A stretch of DNA of 64,000 nucleotides from Bacteroidales bacterium (GCA_963662525.1 OY759717.1:1059074-1123073); one strand, 5' to 3'. Positions 26,601 to 36,031 are shown, counted from the first letter of the stretch. Made by a program: numbers and translations. Notes: generated from the sequence alone by a model not told the origin.

Positions 26601-27011
26601 TTTGGGAGATTTACGGTTCAGTCGGCTCAAAACCTCTGTTCTGGAAAGCAATCCCTGGTTGTCTTTGACACCTGAATCAATGCCGCGTTTGAAGGAGGAA
26701 GGAAAAAAAAGAACCTGCTTCTTATCTGAAGTCTTTTCTTTTTCATCCAGGATATTTTCCAGATCGTTAAAGAAATAGGCGGCTGAATCTTTATCAGGAA
26801 GTATAATAAAATGAATGCCGGGATGTTTTTTAAAAACCGAAGCAGCAATAAATGCCCGGGAAGAAGCGACCAGGCCCTTGAGGTGGAGACGAAATCTGTT
26901 GAGTTGGTGAGTTGGTGAGTTGGTGAGTTGGTGAGTTGCCAGAGTCAGGTTTAAAATTTCCTGTACCCCGGGATGATCCTGAAAAGCCGTAAATAATGAT
27001 GTGTGATTCAA
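23619..27011 (-). CDS. mfd: transcription-repair coupling factor
   Basis: 1130 aa. Motifs are CGDVGFGKTE, IIDEEQKFGV, TATPIPRTL and LRGRVGRS. A TTG start lies 6 nt after the fbp stop. Confidence 0.9.
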   Translation of the reverse strand: MNHTSLFTAFQDHPGVQEILNLTLATHQLTNSPTHQLNRFRLHLKGLVASSRAFIAASVFKKHPGIHFIILPDKDSAAYFFNDLENILDEKEKTSDKKQVLFFPSSFKRGIDSGVKDNQGLLSRTEVLSRLNRKSPKFLLVTYPEALAEKVVNKKFLEKNTLKLSVGEQVNMDFILDLLVEYEFERADFVIEPGQFSLRGGLVDVYSFSSDHPYRISFLDDKVDSIRTFDPSTQLSIEKKTEISIVPDIRINPGKKIPYEPLFSFLPENTMIWLDDAAYMSDIMDKQPVSDLLLPGSEFLRSLLSFSSLEFGNHFFFKTAQKVNFNVIPQPSFNKNFDLLISNLNQNASEGYQNMLLADNPKQAERLQNIISDQLSVTPHPSSEISRQTENPALYETINFSLHEGFIDKDLKLACYTDHQIFERYHRFHLRDGYASKEALTLKELYDLKPGDFVTHIDHGVGRFDGLEKIVNNGKEQEAIRLIYKNDDLLYVSIHSLHRITKFGGKEGTAPVLNRLGSDAWNKLKTKTKSRVKDIAKDLIRLYAERRATQGFACTPDTYLQNELEASFIYEDTPDQLKATIDVKKDLEETYPMDRLVCGDVGFGKTEIAIRAAFKVITESRQVAVLVPTTILALQHYKTFSDRLKELPGKVDYISRFRSTQAQKQLLQDLESGKIDILIGTHRLLSKDIKFKDLGLLIIDEEQKFGVGAKEKIKQLKVNVDTLTLTATPIPRTLQFSLMGARDLSIINTPPPNRYPVQTEIHPFGEEIIREAINDEIGRGGQVFFVNTRVQNILDVTGMIQRAVPKAKIAIAHGQMDGVKLERIMIDFIEGEYDVLVSTTIIESGLDIPNVNTIIINDAHHYGLSDLHQLRGRVGRSNKKAFCYLLAPPMSTLTDEARKRLRTIEEFADLGSGFSIAMRDLDIRGAGNILGGEQSGFISEIGYEMYQKILDEALLELKENEFRDVFLEDLPKAYVKDCVIETDLEILIPDSYVTNITERLNLYKELDSIETEDNLTKFKMKLNDRFGPLPARTESLIQTIRLRWLAKKLGFEKLVLRNNRLTAYFISNPESPYYQSLQFTAILDFIKKNPAYCKMKEEKDRLFIILKDISGIDDALISMEPFYFQKVTNI
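26898..26938 (-). repeat. octamer tandem array inside mfd (plus strand GTTGGTGA x4 plus partial units; gene sense TCACCAAC)
   Basis: Read directly. It encodes ..ATHQLTNSPTHQLN.. at about codons 25-38 of mfd. Confidence 0.9.
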
Positions 27012-27017
27012 TCCCTG

Positions 27018-28037
27018 TTAATCGTTACTGAAATCGGGAGAATGCAGTTTCATCAGCGTTTCTGCCTTTTCGACCATATCGACTGGTCCTACAAAAATCG
27101 GAGAACGTTCATGCAATTCCCTGGGCTGGATATCAAGAATGCGCCTGAAACCATCTGTGGCTTTCCCTCCGGCTTGTTCGGCCAGAAATGCGACAGGATT
27201 ACATTCATAGAGCAGGCGTAGCTTTCCCTTTTTACTTTTTATGGTACCCGGATAAATGAAAATTCCTCCCCTGACCATATTGCGATGGAAATCGGCAACC
27301 ATGGAGCCGATGTAACGGGTGGAATAAGGCCGGTTTGTTTTTTTGTCGTCTTCCTGGCAATATTGGATATAGCGTTTTACCCCTTCAGGAAAATAGATAT
27401 AATTGGCTTCATTCACCGAATAGATATTGCCTCCTTCCGGGTATTTCATGTCGGGATGACTCAGGATAAATAAACCAACGGAAGGATCGAGCGTAAATCC
27501 ATTAACCCCATTACCGGTAGTATATACCAGAACGGTGGATGAGCCGTAAAGAACATACCCTGCAGCCACAAGATTTCTGCCAGGTTGAAGGAAGTCCTCA
27601 AGTGTGGCGGGACCGCGGACCGTGCGGCGAAGGTAGATCGAAAATAATGTACCGATAGAAACATTCGATTCAATATTGGATGAACCATCGAGGGGGTCGA
27701 TCGCTACAACATATTTCCCATTCTTCGAACGAATGGAATCGAATACTATGATCTCTTCATTTTCTTCAGAGCCAACCGCACAACATTCACCTCCCGACTG
27801 AAGGGCAGCCAGGAATTGTTCATTGGCATAAACATCAAGTTTTTTCTGGTCTTCTCCCTGTACATTGACTTCACCGGCATAACCCATCACATCACCCAAA
27901 CCTGCCCGGTTAACTTCCCGGTTCACAAATTTTGCTGCAATCCCAATATCGTTCAGCAAACGGGTCAGTTCTCCGCTGGCATTCGGGTATTCAGCCTGCT
28001 TTTCAACGATAAACTCAGTCAGGGTTTTAAATTTCAT
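27018..28037 (-). CDS. fbp: class 1 fructose-1,6-bisphosphatase
   Basis: 339 aa. Motifs include DPLDGSSNI and [21 protein letters not shown]. Confidence 0.9.
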   Translation of the reverse strand: MKFKTLTEFIVEKQAEYPNASGELTRLLNDIGIAAKFVNREVNRAGLGDVMGYAGEVNVQGEDQKKLDVYANEQFLAALQSGGECCAVGSEENEEIIVFDSIRSKNGKYVVAIDPLDGSSNIESNVSIGTLFSIYLRRTVRGPATLEDFLQPGRNLVAAGYVLYGSSTVLVYTTGNGVNGFTLDPSVGLFILSHPDMKYPEGGNIYSVNEANYIYFPEGVKRYIQYCQEDDKKTNRPYSTRYIGSMVADFHRNMVRGGIFIYPGTIKSKKGKLRLLYECNPVAFLAEQAGGKATDGFRRILDIQPRELHERSPIFVGPVDMVEKAETLMKLHSPDFSND

Positions 28038-28090
28038 AAAAAAATAGTTTGAAGGGCAAAGTTACAAAAATAATCAGCCCGAATTTTCCT

Positions 28091-28098
28091 TATTTTTG
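28091..28098 (+). promoter_or_regulatory. -7 box TATTTTTG only 4 nt before the lysC ATG (leaderless candidate)
   Basis: Matches TAnnTTTG. The gap ACCC precedes ATG 28103. Confidence 0.35.
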
Positions 28099-28102
28099 AC
28101 CC

Positions 28103-29473
28103 ATGCTAATCAATGTATTCAAATTTGGTGGCGCTTCCGTAAACAGTGCCAATGGACTGCGTAACGTGGCAGACATCCTGCGACAACAGAAAAACAATCC
28201 CCTCGTGGTCGTCCTGTCTGCCATGGGTAAAACCACCAATTCCCTGGAAGAACTTTTAAAGCATTTCATCGACAGGGACTCTGTATCCCTCGTGGAATCC
28301 TATCATCGGCTGAAAGATTTTCATTTTAACATGCTGCACGAACTTTTTCCCGATAAAGATCACGCGGTTTTTAATGAAGTGGAAGGCCTCTTCGAGCAAC
28401 TGAGGGGTTATCTCCGGAGAAAACAGGGGGGGAAAGAAACGATTTCCGGTTTGAATTTCGAGTACGATCAAATCGTCGTCTTCGGTGAATTGTTCTCCAC
28501 CCGCATCGCTTATCATTACTTGCTTGAACAGGGCATACCAGTCATCTTACAGGATGCCAGAGAATTGATAAAGACTGATCGCTCTTACCAGGATGCAGCG
28601 GTTGACTGGTCTCTCACCAGGAAGCTGATCGATGAAAAAATCCATTCCCTGTTTGATCCGCTATCGCATCGACAAAAAATTGTGCTTACCCAGGGCTTTA
28701 TCGGCAGCGATCCTGATGGAAAATCCACGACCCTCGGGAGGGAAGGCTCTGATTTTACTGCTGCTATCTTTGCTTATTCCCTGGGATCGAAGGAAGTGAC
28801 AATCTGGAAAGATGTTCCGGGAGTTATGAACGCTGATCCGAAATGGATGAAACAAGCCCGGAAATTGGAAACCTTATCCTACCGGGAGGCCATCGAACTG
28901 GCATATTTCGGGGCATCCATCATTCACCCTAAGACCATCAAGCCCCTGGAAAATGCCAATATAAAATTAAGGGTCAGGTCATTTCTTCATCCGGAAGAAA
29001 ATGGGACCATCATTGAGAACATGAATACCTGGAAAATCCCATATCCTGTTTTTATCCGGAAACAAAACCAGGTACTGATCTCAGTTTCTCCAAAAGATTT
29101 CTCTTTTATACAGGAGGATAATTTAAGTCAGATTTTCAATATCCTTGCAAAATTCAGGGTAAAAGTGAATGTCATGCAGAATTCCGCGATTTCATTCTCC
29201 ATCTGTGTCGATGCGAATCATCAGTCAATTCAGGACCTGATCACTGCACTGAGGGAGAATTACAGTGTACTTTACAATGATGGCCTTGAACTGATTACCA
29301 TCCGGCATTATCACCCACAGGCAATCAGGCAGGTGACCAGGAATAAAAAAGTTTTGCTGGAACAAAAAACCAGGAACACGGTTCACTTTATTATCAACAA
29401 TTCTACTCCGGCAGCACCACCGGAAAATCATAACGGAATTCCTCAAATTCCGGTTTCCCTAAGACCTGGGTAA
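28103..29473 (+). CDS. lysC: aspartate kinase
   Basis: Motifs include VFKFGGASV and LGREGSDFTAA, with ACT-like C-terminal domains. The last ~25 aa (..NNSTPAAPPENHNGIPQIPVSLRPG) look like read-through into the convergent pfk gene. Confidence 0.85.
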   Translation: MLINVFKFGGASVNSANGLRNVADILRQQKNNPLVVVLSAMGKTTNSLEELLKHFIDRDSVSLVESYHRLKDFHFNMLHELFPDKDHAVFNEVEGLFEQLRGYLRRKQGGKETISGLNFEYDQIVVFGELFSTRIAYHYLLEQGIPVILQDARELIKTDRSYQDAAVDWSLTRKLIDEKIHSLFDPLSHRQKIVLTQGFIGSDPDGKSTTLGREGSDFTAAIFAYSLGSKEVTIWKDVPGVMNADPKWMKQARKLETLSYREAIELAYFGASIIHPKTIKPLENANIKLRVRSFLHPEENGTIIENMNTWKIPYPVFIRKQNQVLISVSPKDFSFIQEDNLSQIFNILAKFRVKVNVMQNSAISFSICVDANHQSIQDLITALRENYSVLYNDGLELITIRHYHPQAIRQVTRNKKVLLEQKTRNTVHFIINNSTPAAPPENHNGIPQIPVSLRPG

Positions 29474-30638
29474 GGAAATCGTTGTAAGCCGGGGTAAAGG
29501 AAAATTTATCGATGTTATAATAGTCATCGGAAAGCGGCTTATTCCCGACAGCTCCCATATCAATGGAGGTCGTGTGAAATTCTTCGAGTTCGATGAAAGG
29601 GACTATTGTTTTCATTACCGGCATTTGTCCATAATCCTCACGAAGCAGCAGGTCGACAACTTTATCGGCCAGGGTTGTTGTCAGGCGACGGTCGTAATGG
29701 CGACAATGTCCTGAACGTGCGTGGTAACCGCTGATCTGTGCCCTGGCTTCAATGCCCAGTTTTTTGTAAATTTCGGAAGCCACCACCCCGCTGACACCAC
29801 CAAAACGCGGATGCCCATATTCATCCACTTCCGAACTGGCGTATACTACATCTACTTTCCCGGTTTTTTCGTCGAACCAGCGGATACCTTCAGAAACCGG
29901 AATAATCAGGCATTTCTTCTTGGAATTCATATAAGCTTCCTTCACGGTCTCCAGAAAAACTTCTTTGCGTTCTTTGGTGATTTCATATTCCGGGATCAGG
30001 CCCAGGGAAGCACCACCGAAAATGGCAGACCCGGTTAACCAACCTGCATCGCGGCCCATTACTTCAAGAACAAGTATGCGTGAATGCGACTCTGCCGTAG
30101 TTTTTAATGTAGCGGAAAATTCCATAACTGATCGGGCCGCGGAAGGGAAACCGGGGCATAAAACAGCCTCAATATCTTTTCCGTCGTAATGATGGATGGT
30201 GCGTGTCCTTAAATCATTATCAATTGTTTTAGGGAACCCGATAACCGGGATACCTTCGGTTTCAAAAAGACGTTTAGCGGCTCCATTGGTATCATCCCCC
30301 CCAATGGTGACCAGAACATCAATTTTATAGCGCTGGAAATTCCGCAATACCTGGGGAACCCGGCTTTCCGGATTTTTTTTCGATGGAAACGGATTGGTAC
30401 GGCTGGAACGAAGCGCCGTTCCCCCATAATAACCGTCGTAAGGCTGATTCGTCAGGTCAACAATATTGCCTTCACCCAGCAAACCTTTCCACCCCTGCAA
30501 TACACCGAGCACCCTGAAGCCCAGCAAGGAGGCACGATTCCGGATAGCTTCAACACTTGAATTGATGGCAGGGGTATCTCCTCCACCGGATAATATTGCC
30601 AGGGTTTTCCCATTGAAAAGCTTATGTTCCTGTTTCAT
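29403..30638 (-). CDS. 6-phosphofructokinase (GGDD-type, possibly PPi-dependent)
   Basis: Motifs are LSGGGDTPAINS, IGGDDTNGAA and PKTIDNDL. I prefer ATG 30638. The alternative TTG at 30662 would add 8 aa. Confidence 0.8.
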   Translation of the reverse strand: MKQEHKLFNGKTLAILSGGGDTPAINSSVEAIRNRASLLGFRVLGVLQGWKGLLGEGNIVDLTNQPYDGYYGGTALRSSRTNPFPSKKNPESRVPQVLRNFQRYKIDVLVTIGGDDTNGAAKRLFETEGIPVIGFPKTIDNDLRTRTIHHYDGKDIEAVLCPGFPSAARSVMEFSATLKTTAESHSRILVLEVMGRDAGWLTGSAIFGGASLGLIPEYEITKERKEVFLETVKEAYMNSKKKCLIIPVSEGIRWFDEKTGKVDVVYASSEVDEYGHPRFGGVSGVVASEIYKKLGIEARAQISGYHARSGHCRHYDRRLTTTLADKVVDLLLREDYGQMPVMKTIVPFIELEEFHTTSIDMGAVGNKPLSDDYYNIDKFSFTPAYNDFLTQVLGKPEFEEFRYDFPVVLPE

Positions 30639-30670
30639 GGATATATCTGAATTTTGGAACAAAGCTAAGG

Positions 30671-30695
30671 GAAAATAGCGAAATAGCGAAATTGT
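30671..30695 (+). repeat. octamer tandem GAAAATAGC GAAATAGC GAAATTGT
   Basis: Read directly in the 59-nt spacer between the pfk start and the stop of 30698-31645. Confidence 0.7.
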
Positions 30696-30697
30696 GA

Positions 30698-31645
30698 TTA
30701 GTGCGTCGTTGATTGAAGATGAAGGATTTTTTGTACCAGGACTTCCGCGAGTTTGATGTTGGATTCTACCGTCCAGCCGGCGATATGAGGAGATAAAACC
30801 ACATTTTCGGCCTGAACCAGGTATTTAAAATCATCGGAAAGCTGCTTCACAGTCAGATCAAATGAGGATTCTTCATATTCCAGCACATCAAGTGCGGCTC
30901 CCCGGACTTTTCCCATTTTTAAATTAGCGACCAGATCAGCGGTGTTTATAACACCACCCCGGGCAGTATTGATCAGGAAAATCGGTTTACTGAATCTATG
31001 AAGGAAAACCTCATCGACCAAGTGAAAAGTTTCTTCAGTCAGCGGAACATGAAGACTTACCATATCGGAAGTTGCAAAAATCTCTTCCATACTTGTCTCC
31101 AAGGTATTTCCATCGGAATATGCAGTTTTATACTTGTCAAAGGAAATTACCCTGGCTTCAAAACCCTTAAGCCGCTGGGCAAAAGCACTTCCCATATTTC
31201 CATAGCCGATAATGCCAATGGTTTTTCCCTTGATTTCGATGCCCCTGTTTTCTTCCCGGTTCCAGATCGCCTGCCGGACCTGGCGGTCGGCACGAATCAG
31301 GTGATTCAAGAGGGAAATCAGCATCCCCAGGGCATGTTCTCCCACGGCATCCCGGTTGCCTTCGGGGGAATTCAGGCAGATAATGTTCCGGCTACTTGCA
31401 TAGGCCACATCGATATTTTCCATCCCGGCACCAAGCCTTCCAATGAATTTCAACTTTCCGGCCTTTTGCAGGATCTCTTTATCCAGTACGATCCTGCTGC
31501 GAATGATAACGCCATCATAGGATCCGATGATTTGCATAAAATCAGTACGTTTAAAGTCAGGAAAATAATCACAATGAAAGCCATGAACCGTAAGTTGTTC
31601 ACGGATGAGCGGATGGACGGAATCGATGAGAAGTACCTTTTGCAT
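30698..31645 (-). CDS. D-isomer-specific 2-hydroxyacid dehydrogenase (phosphoglycerate dehydrogenase-like)
   Basis: It has an NAD fold (IGIIGYGNMGSAFAQR) and the motifs LINTARGGVI and SPHIAGWT. I prefer ATG 31645 (MQKVLLID) over TTG 31666. Confidence 0.8.
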   Translation of the reverse strand: MQKVLLIDSVHPLIREQLTVHGFHCDYFPDFKRTDFMQIIGSYDGVIIRSRIVLDKEILQKAGKLKFIGRLGAGMENIDVAYASSRNIICLNSPEGNRDAVGEHALGMLISLLNHLIRADRQVRQAIWNREENRGIEIKGKTIGIIGYGNMGSAFAQRLKGFEARVISFDKYKTAYSDGNTLETSMEEIFATSDMVSLHVPLTEETFHLVDEVFLHRFSKPIFLINTARGGVINTADLVANLKMGKVRGAALDVLEYEESSFDLTVKQLSDDFKYLVQAENVVLSPHIAGWTVESNIKLAEVLVQKILHLQSTTH

Positions 31646-31735
31646 ACGGAAGTGACCGGACTTCAAGAAAACAATTTAACAAAGTTAAGGATTCTCTGAG
31701 ATTCTTCATTCCTAATCAGGATTTTCGTAATTTCG

Positions 31736-34108
31736 TTGTTCAAATTTAAAGTCCTCGTGTGGAATATTCTGGTTAGGTTAATATTAAGAAACCGTATCAC
31801 GATCCTGGTGTTAATAGGGCTGGTCACGGCATTTATGGCATATAAGTCAAAGGATGTAAGACTTCAGTATGAAAGCAGCAGTATCCTCCCTGCTACCGAC
31901 TCAACAAACATCATCTATAAAAGTTTTATCAGGCAATTCGGGGAAGATGGCACCATTATGTTCCTGGGTATTGTTGACAGCAACCTTTTCCGCTTATCAA
32001 ATTTTAATGATTTCTATGATCTGGCTGATTCCCTGAAAAAAATCAAAGGGGTGGAAGGTAATGTTTCCATCACCAGGCTTTTTCAACTGGTTAAAAATGA
32101 TTCCCTGAAAAAATTCGAATTTTTACCGGTTTGTCCAAAAAAACCTGCAACGCAGCACGAACTCGACTCCATCAGGACATTGATATACTCCCTGCCTTTT
32201 TATGAAGGACTTGTTTACAATAAAACCACTTCCGCTACCCTGGTCGCGCTTACGCTGGATAAAAAGACCGTCAATTCTAAGGAGCGACTTAGGCTGATCA
32301 AGGAAATAAAAGCCATGGTGGAGCGATTTTCGAAAAAAGACAAGGTCGAAGTTCATTATTCGGGTTTACCTTATATCCGTACCCTTGTTGCCAAGATGCT
32401 GGAAAATGAGATGAAACTATTCATGGTCCTGGCAGTGCTGATCTCAGCCCTTTTCCTGTTTATCTTTTTTCATTCCGCCAAAGCAGTTATTTTCCCTATC
32501 CTCGTGGTGATCATCAGCGTGGTTTGGGCATTTGGTATGATGGGCCTGTTCGGGTACAAGATCACCATGCTTTCAGCCATCATCCCCCCTTTACTAATCG
32601 TAATCGGGGTTGAAAACTGCATCTTCATCCTGAACAAATATCATTACGAATACAGCCATCACCAAAACCAGGCCAAGGCTCTTTCGCGGGTGATCCAGCG
32701 CATCGGCATGGCCAACCTGCTTACCAATGCAGCTACCGCTACCGGTTTCGCAGCATTTATCATCACCAACAATAAGCTGCTGGTGGAGTTCGGGCTGATC
32801 GCGGCCATTAATATTATGGTCGTTTATTTTCTTTCGCTCACCCTTGTTCCTATTTTCTTCAGCTTTTTACCACCACCGAAAAGCAAGCATACCAAGCATA
32901 TCCAGGATAGCATTGCCAAAACCCTGATCGATAAAGCCGTATACTGGGTGACCCATTACCGTAATCCCATCTATATTGCCATGGGGATTATCATCGTGAC
33001 TGGCATCATTGGCGCCCTTCAGCTGAAGACCAGCGGAACCATCGTCGATGACATCTCCAAACGTGATCCCATTTATAAAGACATGCTCTTCTTTGAAAAA
33101 CACTTCAAGGGAATCATGCCACTGGAAATCGTTATAGATACAAAGAAGAAAAAGGGGGTGATGCAATTAACGACCCTGAAAAAAATCGACCGTTTGCAGG
33201 ACAGCCTGAGTACCTATCCTGAATTATCGAAAGCATTATCCATCGTGGAAGTGATTAAAACAGCCCGCCAGGCCTTTTACCAGGGCGACCCCGGCTATTA
33301 CGCTCTGCCCAGCGCCAATGAGCTGACTTTCATGGCTGATTATATCCCCCAGTTCAAATCGAAAAAGAGAACCATCATCAACAATTTTCTTGACTCAAAC
33401 TTACAGGTGACCCGTGTAAGTGTTCAGATGGCCAATGTTGGAACAAAAAAAATCGACAGTATCCAGAAGTCACTTAAACCAATCATCGACTCTATCTTTA
33501 GTCCCCGGAAATATAAGGTAGATATTACCGGAACCAGCGTGGTATTCCTGAAAGGTACCAACTTCCTGATCCGTAATCTCTGGGAAAGCATCGCGCTGGC
33601 TGTCGTCGTCATAGCCATTTTACTGGCTTTCCTCTTTGCTTCCTGGCGAATGATCCTGATCTCTTTAATCCCAAATCTCATCCCTCAATTGATGACTGGA
33701 GCATTAATGGGATTCCTCGGGATCCCGATCAAGCCCTCCACCATCCTGATATTCAGTATCGCGCTAGGCATCTCGGTAGATAATTCCATACAGTTCCTGT
33801 CAAGATACCGGCTTCAGCTCAAGCATACCGGTCACGATATTCCTTCTTCCGTCATTTCCGCCCTGAAAGAAACCGGATACAGCATGATCTATTCTTCAAC
33901 CGTACTGTTTTTCGGCTTTGCCATTTTTATCTTATCCTCCTTTGGAGGGACCCAGGCACTGGGCTTCCTTGTCTCCTTTACCTTGCTTGTGGCCGGCCTG
34001 CTGAATATGTTCGTGCTTCCCTCTCTTCTGTTGACCCTTGATAAATGGAGTACCACCAAGGCATTTGAAAAACCCCTGGTGGAAATCTACCCGGATATTG
34101 AGGATTAG
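31736..34108 (+). CDS. MMPL/RND-superfamily transporter (12-TM, two large loops)
   Basis: 790 aa. Two homologous halves each have a cluster of TM helices, for example GYKITMLSAIIPPLLIVIGVENCIFIL and LGIPIKPSTILIFSIALGISVDNSIQFL. The TTG start is uncertain. Confidence 0.75.
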   Translation: MFKFKVLVWNILVRLILRNRITILVLIGLVTAFMAYKSKDVRLQYESSSILPATDSTNIIYKSFIRQFGEDGTIMFLGIVDSNLFRLSNFNDFYDLADSLKKIKGVEGNVSITRLFQLVKNDSLKKFEFLPVCPKKPATQHELDSIRTLIYSLPFYEGLVYNKTTSATLVALTLDKKTVNSKERLRLIKEIKAMVERFSKKDKVEVHYSGLPYIRTLVAKMLENEMKLFMVLAVLISALFLFIFFHSAKAVIFPILVVIISVVWAFGMMGLFGYKITMLSAIIPPLLIVIGVENCIFILNKYHYEYSHHQNQAKALSRVIQRIGMANLLTNAATATGFAAFIITNNKLLVEFGLIAAINIMVVYFLSLTLVPIFFSFLPPPKSKHTKHIQDSIAKTLIDKAVYWVTHYRNPIYIAMGIIIVTGIIGALQLKTSGTIVDDISKRDPIYKDMLFFEKHFKGIMPLEIVIDTKKKKGVMQLTTLKKIDRLQDSLSTYPELSKALSIVEVIKTARQAFYQGDPGYYALPSANELTFMADYIPQFKSKKRTIINNFLDSNLQVTRVSVQMANVGTKKIDSIQKSLKPIIDSIFSPRKYKVDITGTSVVFLKGTNFLIRNLWESIALAVVVIAILLAFLFASWRMILISLIPNLIPQLMTGALMGFLGIPIKPSTILIFSIALGISVDNSIQFLSRYRLQLKHTGHDIPSSVISALKETGYSMIYSSTVLFFGFAIFILSSFGGTQALGFLVSFTLLVAGLLNMFVLPSLLLTLDKWSTTKAFEKPLVEIYPDIED

Positions 34109-34121
34109 GGAAAAAAAATAT

Positions 34122-34129
34122 TACTTTTG
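34122..34129 (+). promoter_or_regulatory. -7 box TACTTTTG upstream of rfbA
   Basis: Matches TAnnTTTG and ends 53 nt before ATG 34183. Confidence 0.4.
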
Positions 34130-34182
34130 GCATAATGACCTCTCCCCTGGGCGGGGTTATGTAAATTTAAAAATTCTGAAAG

Positions 34183-35043
34183 ATGAAAGGGATCATTCTC
34201 GCCGGTGGCGCCGGTACCAGGCTACACCCTTTAACGCTGGCTGTTAGCAAACAGCTTATGCCGATTTACGATAAACCCATGATTTATTATCCGCTTTCGG
34301 TGCTGATGATGGCCGGGATCAGGGAAGTACTTATTATTTCTACTCCTCACGACTTACCGAATTTCCGGCAACTGCTGGGCGACGGACATGAGCTCGGGTG
34401 TGAATTTTTTTATGCCGAGCAAGTAGTCCCCAATGGACTGGCCCAGGCCTTCGTGATCGGAGAATCCTTCATCGGAAATGATAAAGTAGCTCTGATCCTT
34501 GGCGATAATATCTTTTATGGGAACGGGCTTACACAAATTGTTCAGGAAAACAACGACCCGGCCGGAGGGGTTGTTTTTGCCTATCATGTTAATGATCCTG
34601 AAAGATACGGAGTTGTTGAGTTTGACAATGATTTCAAGGCGCTCTCCATTGAAGAAAAACCGAAACAACCCAAATCGAATTATGCAGTACCCGGCTTATA
34701 TTTCTACGACAACTCCGTGATTGAGGTGGCGAAAAATATCAAACCCAGCGCCCGTGGAGAATATGAGATCACCGATGTGAACCGGTTTTACCTTCTTCAG
34801 GACAGATTAAAAGTGGGCGTTCTCAGCAGGGGTATTGCCTGGCTCGATACCGGCACTTTCGAATCCCTCCTCCAGGCTGCCCAGTTTGTTGAAGTTGTAC
34901 AAAACCGTCAGGGCCTTAAGATCGGCTGCATTGAAGAGATTGCTTACCGGATGAAATTCATACCCCGGGAACAACTTCAGAAAATTGCACAACCCCTGAT
35001 GAAAAGCGGATACGGGCAATATCTTATAAATCTTCAGGATTAA
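34183..35043 (+). CDS. rfbA: glucose-1-phosphate thymidylyltransferase
   Basis: Motifs include [18 protein letters not shown], a 286-aa length, and YGVVEFD. Confidence 0.9.
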   Translation: MKGIILAGGAGTRLHPLTLAVSKQLMPIYDKPMIYYPLSVLMMAGIREVLIISTPHDLPNFRQLLGDGHELGCEFFYAEQVVPNGLAQAFVIGESFIGNDKVALILGDNIFYGNGLTQIVQENNDPAGGVVFAYHVNDPERYGVVEFDNDFKALSIEEKPKQPKSNYAVPGLYFYDNSVIEVAKNIKPSARGEYEITDVNRFYLLQDRLKVGVLSRGIAWLDTGTFESLLQAAQFVEVVQNRQGLKIGCIEEIAYRMKFIPREQLQKIAQPLMKSGYGQYLINLQD

Positions 35044-35053
35044 GCCTGCACCC

Positions 35054-36028
35054 ATGCAATCATCCTCCATTCTTCAGCAAAAAATCACGGAAGCCTTTAC
35101 CAAAGAAGGTTTTCTTGCTGAGCCTTCAGAACTTTACGAACCGATTGCATATACCCTTTCACAGGGAGGAAAACGTATCCGGCCCTTGCTGGCATTGATG
35201 AGTTGTGATCTTTTCGGAGGAGATCCGGATCAGGCAATTTATCCGGCCATGGGACTGGAGATCTTTCATAATTTCACCCTGCTGCACGATGATATCATGG
35301 ACAATGCTCCCTTAAGGCGAGGCCAACAAACCGTTCACAAGAAATGGAACGCGAATACAGCCATTCTTTCCGGCGACACCATGTTTGTCCTGGCCTATGA
35401 GTACATCACCAAAACAGCCCCGGATAAACTCCCCCTGGTGCTTAACCTTTTTAATACTACGGCCCGGGAAGTTTGCGAGGGACAACAATACGACATGAAC
35501 TTTGAGACCCAAAGCGTGGTCAGCATTCCGGATTACCTGAAGATGATCCGACTGAAAACTGCGGTATTGCTTGCCTGCAGCCTGAAACTCGGAGCCATCC
35601 TCTCCGGAGCTGATCAGGATGCCACTGAAAAAATATACACTTTCGGGGAAAACCTGGGAATGGCATTTCAGCTTCAGGATGATTACCTGGATACATTCGG
35701 GAATGTGAATAAATTCGGTAAGGAAATCGGGGGGGATATTCTGACCCGTAAAAAAACTTTTCTTTACCTGAAAGCTTTTGAACTGGCCAGGGAGGATACC
35801 CTGATCAAACTTACCCACTATTTTTCTGATCAGGAATTACCCTTTGCTGAAAAAGTTCAGAAAATCACCGAAATTTATAAATTGCTTAAAGTGGATGAAA
35901 TGATCCAGGCGGAGATCCGGAATTATCTTGAAAAAAGTCTGACCTGCCTTCAAACTATTCAGATCGACGACGATCGGAAAGACGGATTAAAGTCACTTGC
36001 TGTGGAGATGATCGGCCGGGAAAGGTAA
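35054..36028 (+). CDS. polyprenyl diphosphate synthase (trans-IPPS)
   Basis: The two aspartate-rich motifs are LLHDDIMD and QLQDDYLD. Confidence 0.85.
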   Translation: MQSSSILQQKITEAFTKEGFLAEPSELYEPIAYTLSQGGKRIRPLLALMSCDLFGGDPDQAIYPAMGLEIFHNFTLLHDDIMDNAPLRRGQQTVHKKWNANTAILSGDTMFVLAYEYITKTAPDKLPLVLNLFNTTAREVCEGQQYDMNFETQSVVSIPDYLKMIRLKTAVLLACSLKLGAILSGADQDATEKIYTFGENLGMAFQLQDDYLDTFGNVNKFGKEIGGDILTRKKTFLYLKAFELAREDTLIKLTHYFSDQELPFAEKVQKITEIYKLLKVDEMIQAEIRNYLEKSLTCLQTIQIDDDRKDGLKSLAVEMIGRER

Positions 36029-36031
36029 GAA

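Noticed and set aside
30998-31699. 233-aa plus-strand ORF
   Set aside because: It lies entirely antisense to the 2-hydroxyacid dehydrogenase gene, which has clear NAD-binding and catalytic motifs. The antisense ORF has no motif and a shadow-ORF composition.
35312-35818. 168-aa minus-strand ORF
   Set aside because: It is antisense to the polyprenyl synthase gene, which carries both DDxxD motifs. It is a shadow ORF.
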